From contig CALAQS010000109.1 of assembly GCA_937888435.1 (NCBI GenBank), positions 26,039 to 90,038 of the forward strand: DNA of 64,000 bases. The letters run 5' to 3'. Below are positions 31,361 to 39,722 of this stretch, in pieces. The position numbers and the translations under genes were made by a program. This DNA is from an uncultured Acidobacteriota bacterium (lineage in GTDB: Bacteria; Acidobacteriota; Thermoanaerobaculia; UBA5066). The number at the start of each line of letters is the position of its first letter. Position 1 is the first letter of the stretch. The notes beneath the pieces were generated by a model, which saw only the letters and a program-made list of their open reading frames with translations, was not told the DNA's origin and did not search any database.

Positions 31361-32479
31361 ATGAATCGAGTCTCTTGGGTCAAGGTCGGCACGTTCGTCG
31401 TGCTCGTTCACGCTCTGGCTTACTGCGGCCAGGGCGTTCTCAAATCGCCCCTCCAGTCGGGCTGGGATCCGACGGCCACCGCGGAGGCTTCGCCGCTCGC
31501 CCGGTTCGACGCGGGTTGGTATCGCTCTATCGCCGCGAGCGGGTACTTCTGGGACCCCTCCACAGGCGTCGGAAACCTGGCGTTCTTCCCCTTCTACCCC
31601 TTCCTCATGAAGGTGCTGGCCTTTTCGGGGCTCCCGCTCTTTTGGGCGGGAACGCTCCTCTCGCACGCGTTCTTCGTCATCTCGGTCGTTCTGCTTCAGC
31701 GGCTTGAGGCGCGACGGCCCGGGCCGGCCCCGGCGCATACCTCACTCCTGGCTCTTCTCACGTTCCCGTGGGCATTCTTCCTCCTCGCCCCGTACACCGA
31801 GTCACTCTTTCTCGCGCTCGCCCTGGCAACGTTCCTGGCGGCTCGTCGCGGGCGATGGGGTCTTGTCGCCTTCCTTGGCTTTCTTGCAGGCCTCACGCGC
31901 CTTTTCGGCCTGGCCCTCGTTCCGCCGCTTCTGATCCTTGCCTGGCGCGCCAGCGCGCAGCCCGTCAGAACGCATGAGGGAACTCGGCTGGGCGCTGTTC
32001 TCGCGGCGCTCACCCCCGCCATCGGTTTTGGGACTTTCGTCACATGGCTCGCGTTCCGGTTCCGCGACCCGCTCGTGTTCGTTCACGCCTTGCAGCGAGG
32101 CTGGGGCCGCCGACCAGGCTGGTCAGGCCTGCTGTCGTCCCTTTACGCAATTGTGGAGAACATTCGCCAGCGCGGGTGGTTTCACGTTGGTCCCGCGGTC
32201 GATCTGCTGGTGGTTCTACTCCTCGTCGCATCGGTCGTCCACGCCCTGCGTTCGGGAAGGCGCACCAGCGCGTCCTACGTCGGGTCCGGCGTCACGCTCA
32301 TCGCGGTGAGCGGCTCGCTTCTTTCCTCGGGCCGATATGCGCTGGTTCTGTTCCCCGTGTTTGGCTTCCTTGCGCTCCTCGCACGAAGACCTGTCGTGTG
32401 GTATTCGTATCTGCTTCTCTCCTCCACACTCCAGGCCTACCTAGTCGTGCGCTTCGTCAACAACCTCTGGGTCGCTTAG
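31361..32479 (+). CDS. Polytopic membrane protein, PIG-V/mannosyltransferase-like glycosyltransferase family.
   Basis: FDAGWYRSIAASGY motif (DxxWYxxIAxxGY) typical of the PIG-V-type GT-C family, with 8 or more TM segments. Confidence 0.55.
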   Translation: MNRVSWVKVGTFVVLVHALAYCGQGVLKSPLQSGWDPTATAEASPLARFDAGWYRSIAASGYFWDPSTGVGNLAFFPFYPFLMKVLAFSGLPLFWAGTLLSHAFFVISVVLLQRLEARRPGPAPAHTSLLALLTFPWAFFLLAPYTESLFLALALATFLAARRGRWGLVAFLGFLAGLTRLFGLALVPPLLILAWRASAQPVRTHEGTRLGAVLAALTPAIGFGTFVTWLAFRFRDPLVFVHALQRGWGRRPGWSGLLSSLYAIVENIRQRGWFHVGPAVDLLVVLLLVASVVHALRSGRRTSASYVGSGVTLIAVSGSLLSSGRYALVLFPVFGFLALLARRPVVWYSYLLLSSTLQAYLVVRFVNNLWVA

Positions 32480-33727
32480 GAGCTTCTCGACCGCGCCTTC
32501 GATCTCCTTCTTCGTTTTCGCGAAGCGCTCGCCCGTCGCCGGGCCGTCGAAGCCCGAGTGGATCTTCACGATCCGGTGCCTGCGGTCGAGGAAGAGCGTC
32601 GTCGGATAGCCCTCCCAACCTTCCAGCGGAAGGATCGCGGGCGAGGTAGGCGCGCCTCTCGTCGTGCCCGCGAGGAGGATCGGATACCTCGTTCCGAAGC
32701 GCTCGATGAACCTCTTCACCTGCCGGCGGTTGCGCTCCACGTCGTCCGTGTATTCGAACGAGAGCGAAACGATCTCGAGACCCCGCGGCCCGTATTTCTC
32801 CTCGAGATCCCGCAGAAACGGTGCCTCGTCGGCGCAGTTCGGACACCACGTCCCCATGAACGCGATGAGCATGGGCTTCCCGGCAAAACGTGCGTCCGCC
32901 GTCGACACGATCCGGCCCTCGACGTCGGGAAACGACACGACGTACGGTTGAGACGGATCCTTCGGCTTGACGATGTCGAAGGAGCCCGGCAGGAACGTGG
33001 CGGCGGCGGCCGCGTCGAGCCGGGTCCCGCGCCAGGAGACGGGCGGATTCATGCGCGAGCGGTATTCCCCCGCGAGCCTGCCGTCCGGCAGCAGCTCGGC
33101 GTCGAAACGGTAGACGTGCACGCCGTCGAAAACCGACAGGACGAGCCTTTCCCCGTCGAACGTGCCGTGCAGGGCACCATAGTCGCCGGTCGTCGAGAGA
33201 AACGTCCCCGTCACTGCGGTGCCCTTCTGCCGGAAAACGCCGGTCAGCTTCTCGATGGTCTTTCCGTCGCGCATCTCCACACCCCAGCTCCCGTCCAGGG
33301 AAGCGCCGCCTCTCGGGACGGGCGCGGCGGGCGCCCTTCGGGACGCGCGAAACGGCACCTCGGCGAGACCCGCCGCGATGACGCGCGTGTATCGGCCTTC
33401 CAGCTCTGGGCCCTTCGGCTCCGCCACGACCGTCGCGTCGTAGTGCGCGAGCTCGAGCGTCAGTTTCGCGCCGTCCCAGGAGGCCGATGTGAACGGGATC
33501 TCGGAGGCGCCGTTCAGGAGCGATGCGGAAAGGCCGGAGCCCTTCGCGACGACCTTCAGGTCGAAGAAGACTTCGTGCCCCACCGAGGGAATCAGCTCGG
33601 CGTGCCAGAGGCCGACGGGCGCGGCACCGGGCGCGGGGGGAGAAGAAAAAAGACTCTTAGAAAGTAAGAGGGGAAGGGCGATGAGCAACACGATGAGAGC
33701 GTACGCGCCCGGCCGAGGCGTTGCCAT
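32441..33727 (-). CDS. TlpA-like thiol:disulfide oxidoreductase (redoxin) with an N-terminal signal peptide and an extra N-terminal domain.
   Basis: C-terminal thioredoxin fold with the WCPNC active site. Signal peptide LIVLLIALPLLL. RBS AGGGGG precedes the ATG. Confidence 0.78.
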   Translation of the reverse strand: MATPRPGAYALIVLLIALPLLLSKSLFSSPPAPGAAPVGLWHAELIPSVGHEVFFDLKVVAKGSGLSASLLNGASEIPFTSASWDGAKLTLELAHYDATVVAEPKGPELEGRYTRVIAAGLAEVPFRASRRAPAAPVPRGGASLDGSWGVEMRDGKTIEKLTGVFRQKGTAVTGTFLSTTGDYGALHGTFDGERLVLSVFDGVHVYRFDAELLPDGRLAGEYRSRMNPPVSWRGTRLDAAAAATFLPGSFDIVKPKDPSQPYVVSFPDVEGRIVSTADARFAGKPMLIAFMGTWCPNCADEAPFLRDLEEKYGPRGLEIVSLSFEYTDDVERNRRQVKRFIERFGTRYPILLAGTTRGAPTSPAILPLEGWEGYPTTLFLDRRHRIVKIHSGFDGPATGERFAKTKKEIEGAVEKLLSDPEVVDEAHD

Positions 33728-33812
33728 CCCCCTATTCCCTTCTAAGTAACTTTGCAGACCGTCACCCGTCGCTCGGACGCCCGAATTCCCGCACGGGTCC
33801 GAAGCAAATCAG

Positions 33813-35195
33813 TCATTCCTTCTCTTTCTTCCTTTTCAGTTTTTCCCTCAGCGCCCGGATCGCCTCGGCGCGCGCCTTGAGATCCTTCTCCGCCCCTTCG
33901 CCCGACGGCCGGTAGTAGTTCCGACCCTGCAGCGCGTCGGGCAGGCACGAGAGGCCCGCGGTCTTCTCGGCCAGATCGTGCGCGTAGCGGTAGCCCTTCC
34001 CGTAGCCCACGTTCTTCATGAGCTTCGTCGGCGCGTTACGGATCGCGAGGGGCGGCGGCTCGTTCGGGCGCTCGTGCACGTCGGCCACGGCCTCTCCGTA
34101 CGCCGTGTAGAGCGCGTTCGACTTCGGCGCCAGCGCCATGTGCACGACGATCTCGGCGAGCGCGAGCGCGCCCTCGGGCATGCCGATGAAGTGCACGGCT
34201 TCCTTCGCCGCCATCGCGAGCGCCAGCGAGGACGGGTCGGCGAGGCCGACGTCCTCGGAGGCGAAGCGCACGAGGCGGCGGGCGACGTAGAGCGGGTCCT
34301 CCCCCGCCTCGAGCATCCGCGCGAGCCAGTAGAGCGACGCGTCCACGTCCGAGTCGCGGAGTGACTTGTGGAGCGCGGAGATGAGGTTGAAGTGCTCCTC
34401 GCCGGACTTGTCGTACAGGAGGACTTTTCGCTTGAACAGATCCTCGAGAAGGGAAACCGAGAGCGGAGAAGAATTTTCTTCGAAGGGAACATGGGAAACG
34501 GCCGCCTCGAGTGCCGTGAGCGCCCTTCTGGCGTCGCCATCGGCAAATCGTGATATCCATTCGAAGGCATCCTCGTCGACCGTCACCCGGGCCGCGAGTC
34601 CCCTCGTGGGGTCCGCGAGCGCTCTCTTCATCAGCCTCACGAGGTCCGCCTCCGTGAGCGCGGGCAGGATGACGACCCGAAGCCGGGAGAGCAGCGCGCC
34701 GTTCAGCTCGAACGAGGGATTCTCGGTCGTGGCGCCCACGAGCACGATGTCTCCGACCTCGACGAACGGCAGAAACGCGTCCTGCTGCGCCCGGTTGAAA
34801 CGGTGGATCTCGTCCACGAAGAGCAGCGTGCGGCGGCCCCGGCGCTTGGCGCGGGCCGCTTCCTCCATCACGTTCCGGATCTCCTTGATGCCCGAGACGA
34901 CGGCCGAGAATCCGATGAAGCGGGCCTGGGTCTTCGCCGCGATGATCCGCGCGAGCGTCGTCTTGCCGCTTCCAGGGGGGCCCCAGAAGACGAGCGAGGG
35001 AACCTTGTCGGCCGCGAGCGCCTTCGCGAGAAACGAGCCGGGGCCGATGAGATCCGCAGGCCCTTCCACCTCGGAGAGGTCGCGGGGGCGCATCCGCTCC
35101 GCGAGCGGCGCGTCCCGCGGCACGACCCCCTCGGCGGCGGGCCCGTCTTCAGCCGGGCGCTCGTCCTCGAAGAGGTCGCCCGGCGACGAGGTCAC
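33813..35195 (-). CDS. rarA: Replication-associated recombination protein A (MgsA/RarA AAA+ ATPase).
   Basis: Walker A GPPGSGKTT, the MgsA helical lid and a C-terminal tetramerisation domain. GTG start at 35195 overlaps the upstream TPR gene stop (GTGA). Confidence 0.88.
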   Translation of the reverse strand: MTSSPGDLFEDERPAEDGPAAEGVVPRDAPLAERMRPRDLSEVEGPADLIGPGSFLAKALAADKVPSLVFWGPPGSGKTTLARIIAAKTQARFIGFSAVVSGIKEIRNVMEEAARAKRRGRRTLLFVDEIHRFNRAQQDAFLPFVEVGDIVLVGATTENPSFELNGALLSRLRVVILPALTEADLVRLMKRALADPTRGLAARVTVDEDAFEWISRFADGDARRALTALEAAVSHVPFEENSSPLSVSLLEDLFKRKVLLYDKSGEEHFNLISALHKSLRDSDVDASLYWLARMLEAGEDPLYVARRLVRFASEDVGLADPSSLALAMAAKEAVHFIGMPEGALALAEIVVHMALAPKSNALYTAYGEAVADVHERPNEPPPLAIRNAPTKLMKNVGYGKGYRYAHDLAEKTAGLSCLPDALQGRNYYRPSGEGAEKDLKARAEAIRALREKLKRKKEKE

Positions 35196-35932
35196 GCCCG
35201 TGGGCGTCCTTTCGCTCGCTGCTCGAGGTCGCTCGTGAGGCGGTCGAGCGCCGGGATCTCGGGATGCTCCTTCTTGAGCTTCGTGAGGATCTCGAGCGCC
35301 TTTTTCGTATCGCCTTTGTCGATGCCGTAGACGATCGCGAGATTGAACTGCGCCGGCCAGTGGTTCGGATCGCGTGCCGACGCCTGCGTGAACATCGTCA
35401 GCGCCTTGTCGACGTTGCCGAGATTCCGGTACGCGACTCCGAGATCGGTGAGGACGTTGGGATCGGCGTCGCGCAGCTTGAGAGCCCTCTCGTAAGCGTC
35501 GACCGCCTTCTTCCAGTCCTCGACGTCGTACGCCGTGTTCCCGAGCTGCACGAGGAGGTCCGCGTTCTTCGGCTCCTTCGCCACGGCCGCCTCGAGGTCG
35601 GAGAGCTTCTGCCGGGCGACCGGGTCGACGGCGAGAGACGGCTGCCCGCCGCCGCTGCCGGGCAGATCGCGCGTCGCGCCCGGGCCGACGCCGGCGAGGC
35701 CGGCATGCGGATCGGACAAGGAAGCCTGCGGCACCCCCGACGGGTTCTTGTCCAGGTACAGATATGCGGCCGCGAAGCCGGCGAGAAGGCCCACGGCGAG
35801 GAACAGCCCCCGGTCCGGCCACGGGGACGTGCGAGGCGCCGGCGCCCCCGGGGCGCGGGCTTTTTTCTCCCGGACGAGCTTTCCGGCCGGGACGGGCGGA
35901 GGCAGGTGGTCGTCCATCTCTTCGGCAGTCAT
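35192..35932 (-). CDS. Membrane-anchored tetratricopeptide-repeat protein.
   Basis: One TM helix (LFLAVGLLAGFAAAYL) followed by 3-4 TPR units (AYERALKL, GVAYRNLGNVDKA). 4-nt overlaps on both sides. Confidence 0.72.
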   Translation of the reverse strand: MTAEEMDDHLPPPVPAGKLVREKKARAPGAPAPRTSPWPDRGLFLAVGLLAGFAAAYLYLDKNPSGVPQASLSDPHAGLAGVGPGATRDLPGSGGGQPSLAVDPVARQKLSDLEAAVAKEPKNADLLVQLGNTAYDVEDWKKAVDAYERALKLRDADPNVLTDLGVAYRNLGNVDKALTMFTQASARDPNHWPAQFNLAIVYGIDKGDTKKALEILTKLKKEHPEIPALDRLTSDLEQRAKGRPRA

Positions 35933-36720
35933 TTCGATTCACTCTCCTCGTCGCGCACCGGCTGCGCCGCCCACGTCCCCGCCACGGGGCCTGAGACCGG
36001 GGCCGGCGCGATCTGCGTCCCGTCCCACGTGCCCGCGATGCGGCGCGATGCCCCGATCGTCAAGCGGCCGTAAAACTTCGCATCCACGCCGAGCTCGGAG
36101 TCGATCCGCTCGAGCGTGACGCGGTCGCCCACGAACGTGCCCCTGAGAGAACCATGAAACCCGCCGTCGAGGACATAGTCCCCCGAGAGGATTGTGCCGT
36201 CGAGCGAGAGGCGGTAGAAGCCGCGCCGCGCTCCCGGGTTGATGAAGACCTCCCAGCGGCCCGTGAGAGGGTCGGAAAGCGTGGTTCTGAGGGCCTCGCG
36301 GCGGCGCGCGATCTCCTCCCGGAACGCGGCGAGGCGCCGCACGCGCTCGGCGAGCCGCTCGGAAACGGCGAGGCGCCTGTTCTGTCCTGCCTGCACGCGC
36401 GCCCGCGCGTCAGAGGCGGCCTGCTCGGCCTGCTCCAGCGCGTTTCGGTCCAAGATGCCCTCGCGCGCGAGACGAGCGATTTGATTCAGGGCCGAAGTGA
36501 AGTCGGCCTCCGCCCGCGACGCCTGCCCCGAGATCCGGTCGAACTCCTCGAGATCCTCGGTCACGCGCCGCTTCTCCATGTCGACCGACGCCAGCAGGAC
36601 GTCGAGCACGCCATCGCCCGTCCGGCTCGGGACGGGCGCGGCGGCAGCCGGCAGCGCGAGCGTCAGCAGGAGTCCCACCGTCAGGCCGGTGAGCATCGGG
36701 CGCGAAGCCATCCTCGCCAC
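35929..36720 (-). CDS. Hypothetical secreted coiled-coil protein.
   Basis: Signal peptide LTVGLLLTLALPAAAAP and a long coiled-coil segment. First gene of a three-gene overlapping set with the TPR protein and rarA. Confidence 0.55.
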   Translation of the reverse strand: MARMASRPMLTGLTVGLLLTLALPAAAAPVPSRTGDGVLDVLLASVDMEKRRVTEDLEEFDRISGQASRAEADFTSALNQIARLAREGILDRNALEQAEQAASDARARVQAGQNRRLAVSERLAERVRRLAAFREEIARRREALRTTLSDPLTGRWEVFINPGARRGFYRLSLDGTILSGDYVLDGGFHGSLRGTFVGDRVTLERIDSELGVDAKFYGRLTIGASRRIAGTWDGTQIAPAPVSGPVAGTWAAQPVRDEESESK

Positions 36721-36778
36721 TATACGGAAGTTGCGGCCGCCCCATCGCGTCCGGAGTTTCTTTCGGGCGTGGAGGGGG

Positions 36779-36808
36779 CCAGGGGGACCCGGCCCGGGTT
36801 TCCCCTGG
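36779..36808 (-). terminator. Stem-loop immediately downstream of cdnL (candidate terminator or structural element).
   Basis: Near-perfect inverted repeat CCAGGGGGACCCGG C CCGGGTTTCCCCTGG. No clear U-tract. Confidence 0.3.
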
Positions 36809-36813
36809 GCAAT

Positions 36814-37350
36814 TCAGTGGTCGCGGTTATTTCCGGCCAGGACCGCGACGGGACGCCGCTTGAGGATCGCCCGGTCGAGTGCCTTCTCTACTTCGGTCGC
36901 GACCTCGCCCTCCGGCAGCCCGTTGATCTGCGCGATCTCGGAGACGATCAGATAGCGGGCGCGCTCGTACATCTTCTTCTCGCGGAAGGAGAGCGCCTTT
37001 TGTTTCTGCACCCACGTCAGGTTCTTGAGGACGTCCGCGATGTCCGTGAGGCGGCCGGAGCGCATCTTGTCGAGGTTCTGCTTGTACCGGCCCTTCCAGT
37101 CGCCGCTCGGCGGGAGCATCGCGTTCTCGAGAACGCGGAAGACCGAGCCCACGTCCTTGCGCCGCGTGAGCGGGCGGAGGCCGATGCGGTCCGAGTTCCC
37201 GACCGGCACCATCACGCGCGAGTTGTTCCCGATGAGGCGAAGCTGATAGCAGGGCGCGGTCGAGCCTTCGAGGAGGGACTCCTGGATCGTTTCCACGACC
37301 CCGACGCCGTGGTTCGGGTAGACAAGCCTGTCGCCGATCTTGAAAGCCAC
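36814..37350 (-). CDS. cdnL: CarD/CdnL-family RNA polymerase-binding transcription factor.
   Basis: CarD_CdnL_TRCF N-domain FKIGDRLVYPNHGVGVV. Confidence 0.85.
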   Translation of the reverse strand: MAFKIGDRLVYPNHGVGVVETIQESLLEGSTAPCYQLRLIGNNSRVMVPVGNSDRIGLRPLTRRKDVGSVFRVLENAMLPPSGDWKGRYKQNLDKMRSGRLTDIADVLKNLTWVQKQKALSFREKKMYERARYLIVSEIAQINGLPEGEVATEVEKALDRAILKRRPVAVLAGNNRDH

Positions 37351-37408
37351 GGCAAAATCCTCCTTGGAAAGGGGACCAAGAGATTACTCCCGCCCCCTCC
37401 GTGCGTCA

Positions 37409-38005
37409 ATGAGTTTGGCAGGCGCTAAACTCCCCGCCATGCCGAACGATTCCGGCCGCAACTCGCTCGTCGCCGAGATTCCCGTCTCCTTACCCGGGAA
37501 GCCCGACGCCGCGCGCACGGAAGAGCCCGACGAGGTGATGGCCCGCAACATCGCGGGCGTGCGCGCCGAGCGCCTCGCGGGCTACCACGACCATCGGGGC
37601 TCGCTCGTGCCCTTCATGGATTTCACGAGGCCTTTCTGGAACGAACCGATCGTCCACGCGTACGAGTTCACGATCCGGCCCGGGCGCATCAAGGGCTGGG
37701 GCATGCACCGCCGGCAGGCGGACCGCTACTTCGTTCAGACGGGCGACCTGCGAATCGTGCTCCACGACGGGCGCGAGGGCTCCCCCACGAAGAACGCCTT
37801 CTGCGAGTTCTGGTTCGCCGGGAGCGGATCCCTCCTCCTCTACATCCCGCAGGGCGTCTGGCACGCGACGTTGAACTGGGGCACGACGCTCGGGAGGATC
37901 GTGAACTTCGGCACGGCGCGGTTCGACCCCGCGGACCCCGACAAGGCCCGCATCGACCCGCACTCCGGCGTCATCCCGTTCGACTGGACGATCCGGGACG
38001 GCTGA
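37409..38005 (+). CDS. Cupin-fold protein, dTDP-4-dehydrorhamnose 3,5-epimerase (RmlC)-like.
   Basis: RmlC-like beta-barrel region (IKGWGMHRRQADRYFVQTGDLRIVLHD). Start ambiguous (ATG 37409 or 37439). 3' end overlaps the convergent GT2 gene. Confidence 0.5.
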   Translation: MSLAGAKLPAMPNDSGRNSLVAEIPVSLPGKPDAARTEEPDEVMARNIAGVRAERLAGYHDHRGSLVPFMDFTRPFWNEPIVHAYEFTIRPGRIKGWGMHRRQADRYFVQTGDLRIVLHDGREGSPTKNAFCEFWFAGSGSLLLYIPQGVWHATLNWGTTLGRIVNFGTARFDPADPDKARIDPHSGVIPFDWTIRDG

Positions 38006-39074
38006 GAGAGCGCAGCGCTGCGCGCAGCGGCTCGAGGACGGGCAGGAGGCGCAGGTAGATCCGCCACCAGAGGACGCTGGTCATCGCGGCGCTCTCCGCC
38101 TCGAGGCTGCGCGCATACTCGCGTTGGAGCGCGAGGTCCTGCTCGAGGGCGCGGCGCTCGTCCTCCACGTCGGCCGCCCGCGCCTCCGCGGGAGGCGCAG
38201 CGGTTCGCCGCTGTCCCGACGCGAGGCGCGCGGCGCGCTCCCCGGCCCGCGCGAGCGCGCGGGCGACGGACTCCGGCGAACCTCCGTCCCAGGGCTCCTG
38301 CGCCGCGATCGCTTCTCCCCACTTCGCGAGAAAAGACGCGCGATTGTGCGCCGAGACCCACTCGCGGAACTGCTTTCGCGAGCTGGAACCCCGCCGGTGC
38401 CGGTTGCGGGCGTGCGGCTCGAAGAGGACGGACCAACCGGCTTCGCGGAGCCCCATCGCAAGGTCGGTGTCGACGAAATACGCCGGGAAAAATCGCTCGT
38501 CGAGCCCGCCGGCGGCGTCCCAGGCCGCCGCGCGGACGAGAAGGGCGTTCGACCCGCAGAAGTCCACGGCGCGCCGGCGGCCGAAGGCGTCGGGCCGCGG
38601 CGGAGCGCCCGCCCAGGGCGGCGACGTCGCGCCGTCGCGCCAGAGAATCACTCCGGCGCCCTGCAGCGTCCCGTCCGGGAAGAGGACGAGCCCGCCAACG
38701 GCCCCCGCCTCGGGATGGGCGTCGGCCGCCGCGACGAGCGCCTCGAGCCAGCCCGCCTCGATCTCGGAGTCGTCGTGGAGAAGGGCCAGGAACTCCCCCC
38801 GCGCCACGCGCCGGCCGCGGTTCCCCGAGCGCGCGAGCCCCAGCCGCACGGAGGACGCGACGACCCGAGCCCCGGGCGCGGCGGCCTCGACGCGCGCCGC
38901 CGCGCCTTCCGGCGCGCCGTCGAGGACCACGATCGTCTCCGTCGGGATCGACGCCGGCAGGTGCCGCTCGAGCGAGCGCAGGCACGCGAACAGGAGTTCC
39001 TGGTCGGCCGCCGACGGGACGACGATCGAGACGCGCGGCGCCTCGGACCGGGGAATGTGGATGAGATCGCTCAC
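37971..39074 (-). CDS. Family 2 glycosyltransferase.
   Basis: GT-A fold with VSIVVP ... VLDGAP ... DDD region. GTG start chosen at 39074. The ORF-track start at 39095 (a TTG codon) would abut the tRNA. Confidence 0.72.
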   Translation of the reverse strand: MSDLIHIPRSEAPRVSIVVPSAADQELLFACLRSLERHLPASIPTETIVVLDGAPEGAAARVEAAAPGARVVASSVRLGLARSGNRGRRVARGEFLALLHDDSEIEAGWLEALVAAADAHPEAGAVGGLVLFPDGTLQGAGVILWRDGATSPPWAGAPPRPDAFGRRRAVDFCGSNALLVRAAAWDAAGGLDERFFPAYFVDTDLAMGLREAGWSVLFEPHARNRHRRGSSSRKQFREWVSAHNRASFLAKWGEAIAAQEPWDGGSPESVARALARAGERAARLASGQRRTAAPPAEARAADVEDERRALEQDLALQREYARSLEAESAAMTSVLWWRIYLRLLPVLEPLRAALRSLSRPGSSSRTG

Positions 39075-39096
39075 GCCGGGCCGTGACGATAGCAAG

Positions 39097-39183
39097 TGGT
39101 GCCGGAGGAGGGAGTCGAACCCTCACGGCCTTGTGGACCGGGGGATTTTGAGTCCCCTGCGTCTGCCATTCCGCCACTCCGGC
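39097..39183 (-). tRNA. tRNA-Leu (anticodon CAA), class II with long variable arm.
   Basis: Reverse complement reads GCCGGAGTGGCGGAATGGCAGACGCAGGGGACTCAAAATCCCC ... GAGGGTTCGACTCCCTCCTCCGGCACCA. 7-bp acceptor stem GCCGGAG/CTCCGGC, anticodon loop CTCAAAA, T-arm GGTTCGA, encoded CCA. Confidence 0.85.
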
Positions 39184-39197
39184 TCGCCGGAAAGAGT

Positions 39198-39662
39198 CTA
39201 CTGCCAGTCGAGCCGGACGTTGCGGTGGAGGTGCGCGGCGGCGCAGCCGGCGATCGTGCCGAGGACGTTCCAGAAGACGTCGTTCACGTCGGTCGCGCGG
39301 GTCGGCAGGAAGAGCTGGACCGTCTCGATGCCCACGCTGAACAGCGTCCCCGCGATGAGGACGTCCGCGTGGTTCCGCGCGGCGGAGCGGCCGGGGCCGT
39401 CGAGGAACTTCCACAGCAGGAACGCCCACACCGCGAACATCGCGAGGTTTCCGACGATCCCGACCACCGCGTAAAGGAACGCGTTCGACAGGTAGCCGCC
39501 GCGCCCCGCGCGCAGGATGAGGCGCTGGATGTCGTCGAACGGCGCGAGATTCGTGCGCACTCCTCCGCTCCCCTGCACGAGAAGCGTCACGGCGAGGAGG
39601 AGGCACGAATACGAGGCCAGCAGCAGCCCCTGAACGCCCTTGCCGACGCGGATCGTGCGCAC
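39198..39662 (-). CDS. VanZ-family membrane protein.
   Basis: Four TM helices and the VanZ-like FSVGIETVQLFLPTRATDVNDVFWNVLG motif. Only the C-terminal ~155 aa of the long ORF-track frame look protein-like. Confidence 0.62.
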   Translation of the reverse strand: MRTIRVGKGVQGLLLASYSCLLLAVTLLVQGSGGVRTNLAPFDDIQRLILRAGRGGYLSNAFLYAVVGIVGNLAMFAVWAFLLWKFLDGPGRSAARNHADVLIAGTLFSVGIETVQLFLPTRATDVNDVFWNVLGTIAGCAAAHLHRNVRLDWQ

Positions 39663-39722
39663 GGCGCGCAGATTACCCGAACAGGCGTTGACGAGGCCCC
39701 GCCTCCTCCCGACAATGCCTCC

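Noticed and set aside
39096-39722. Long upstream extension of the MgtE-N/CBS ORF (from 39096) and long minus-strand ORF 39198-41015.
   Set aside because: The upstream part overlaps the tRNA and the vanZ-like gene and translates to Arg/Glu-rich nonsense. On the minus frame only the C-terminal VanZ-like 155 aa are protein-like.
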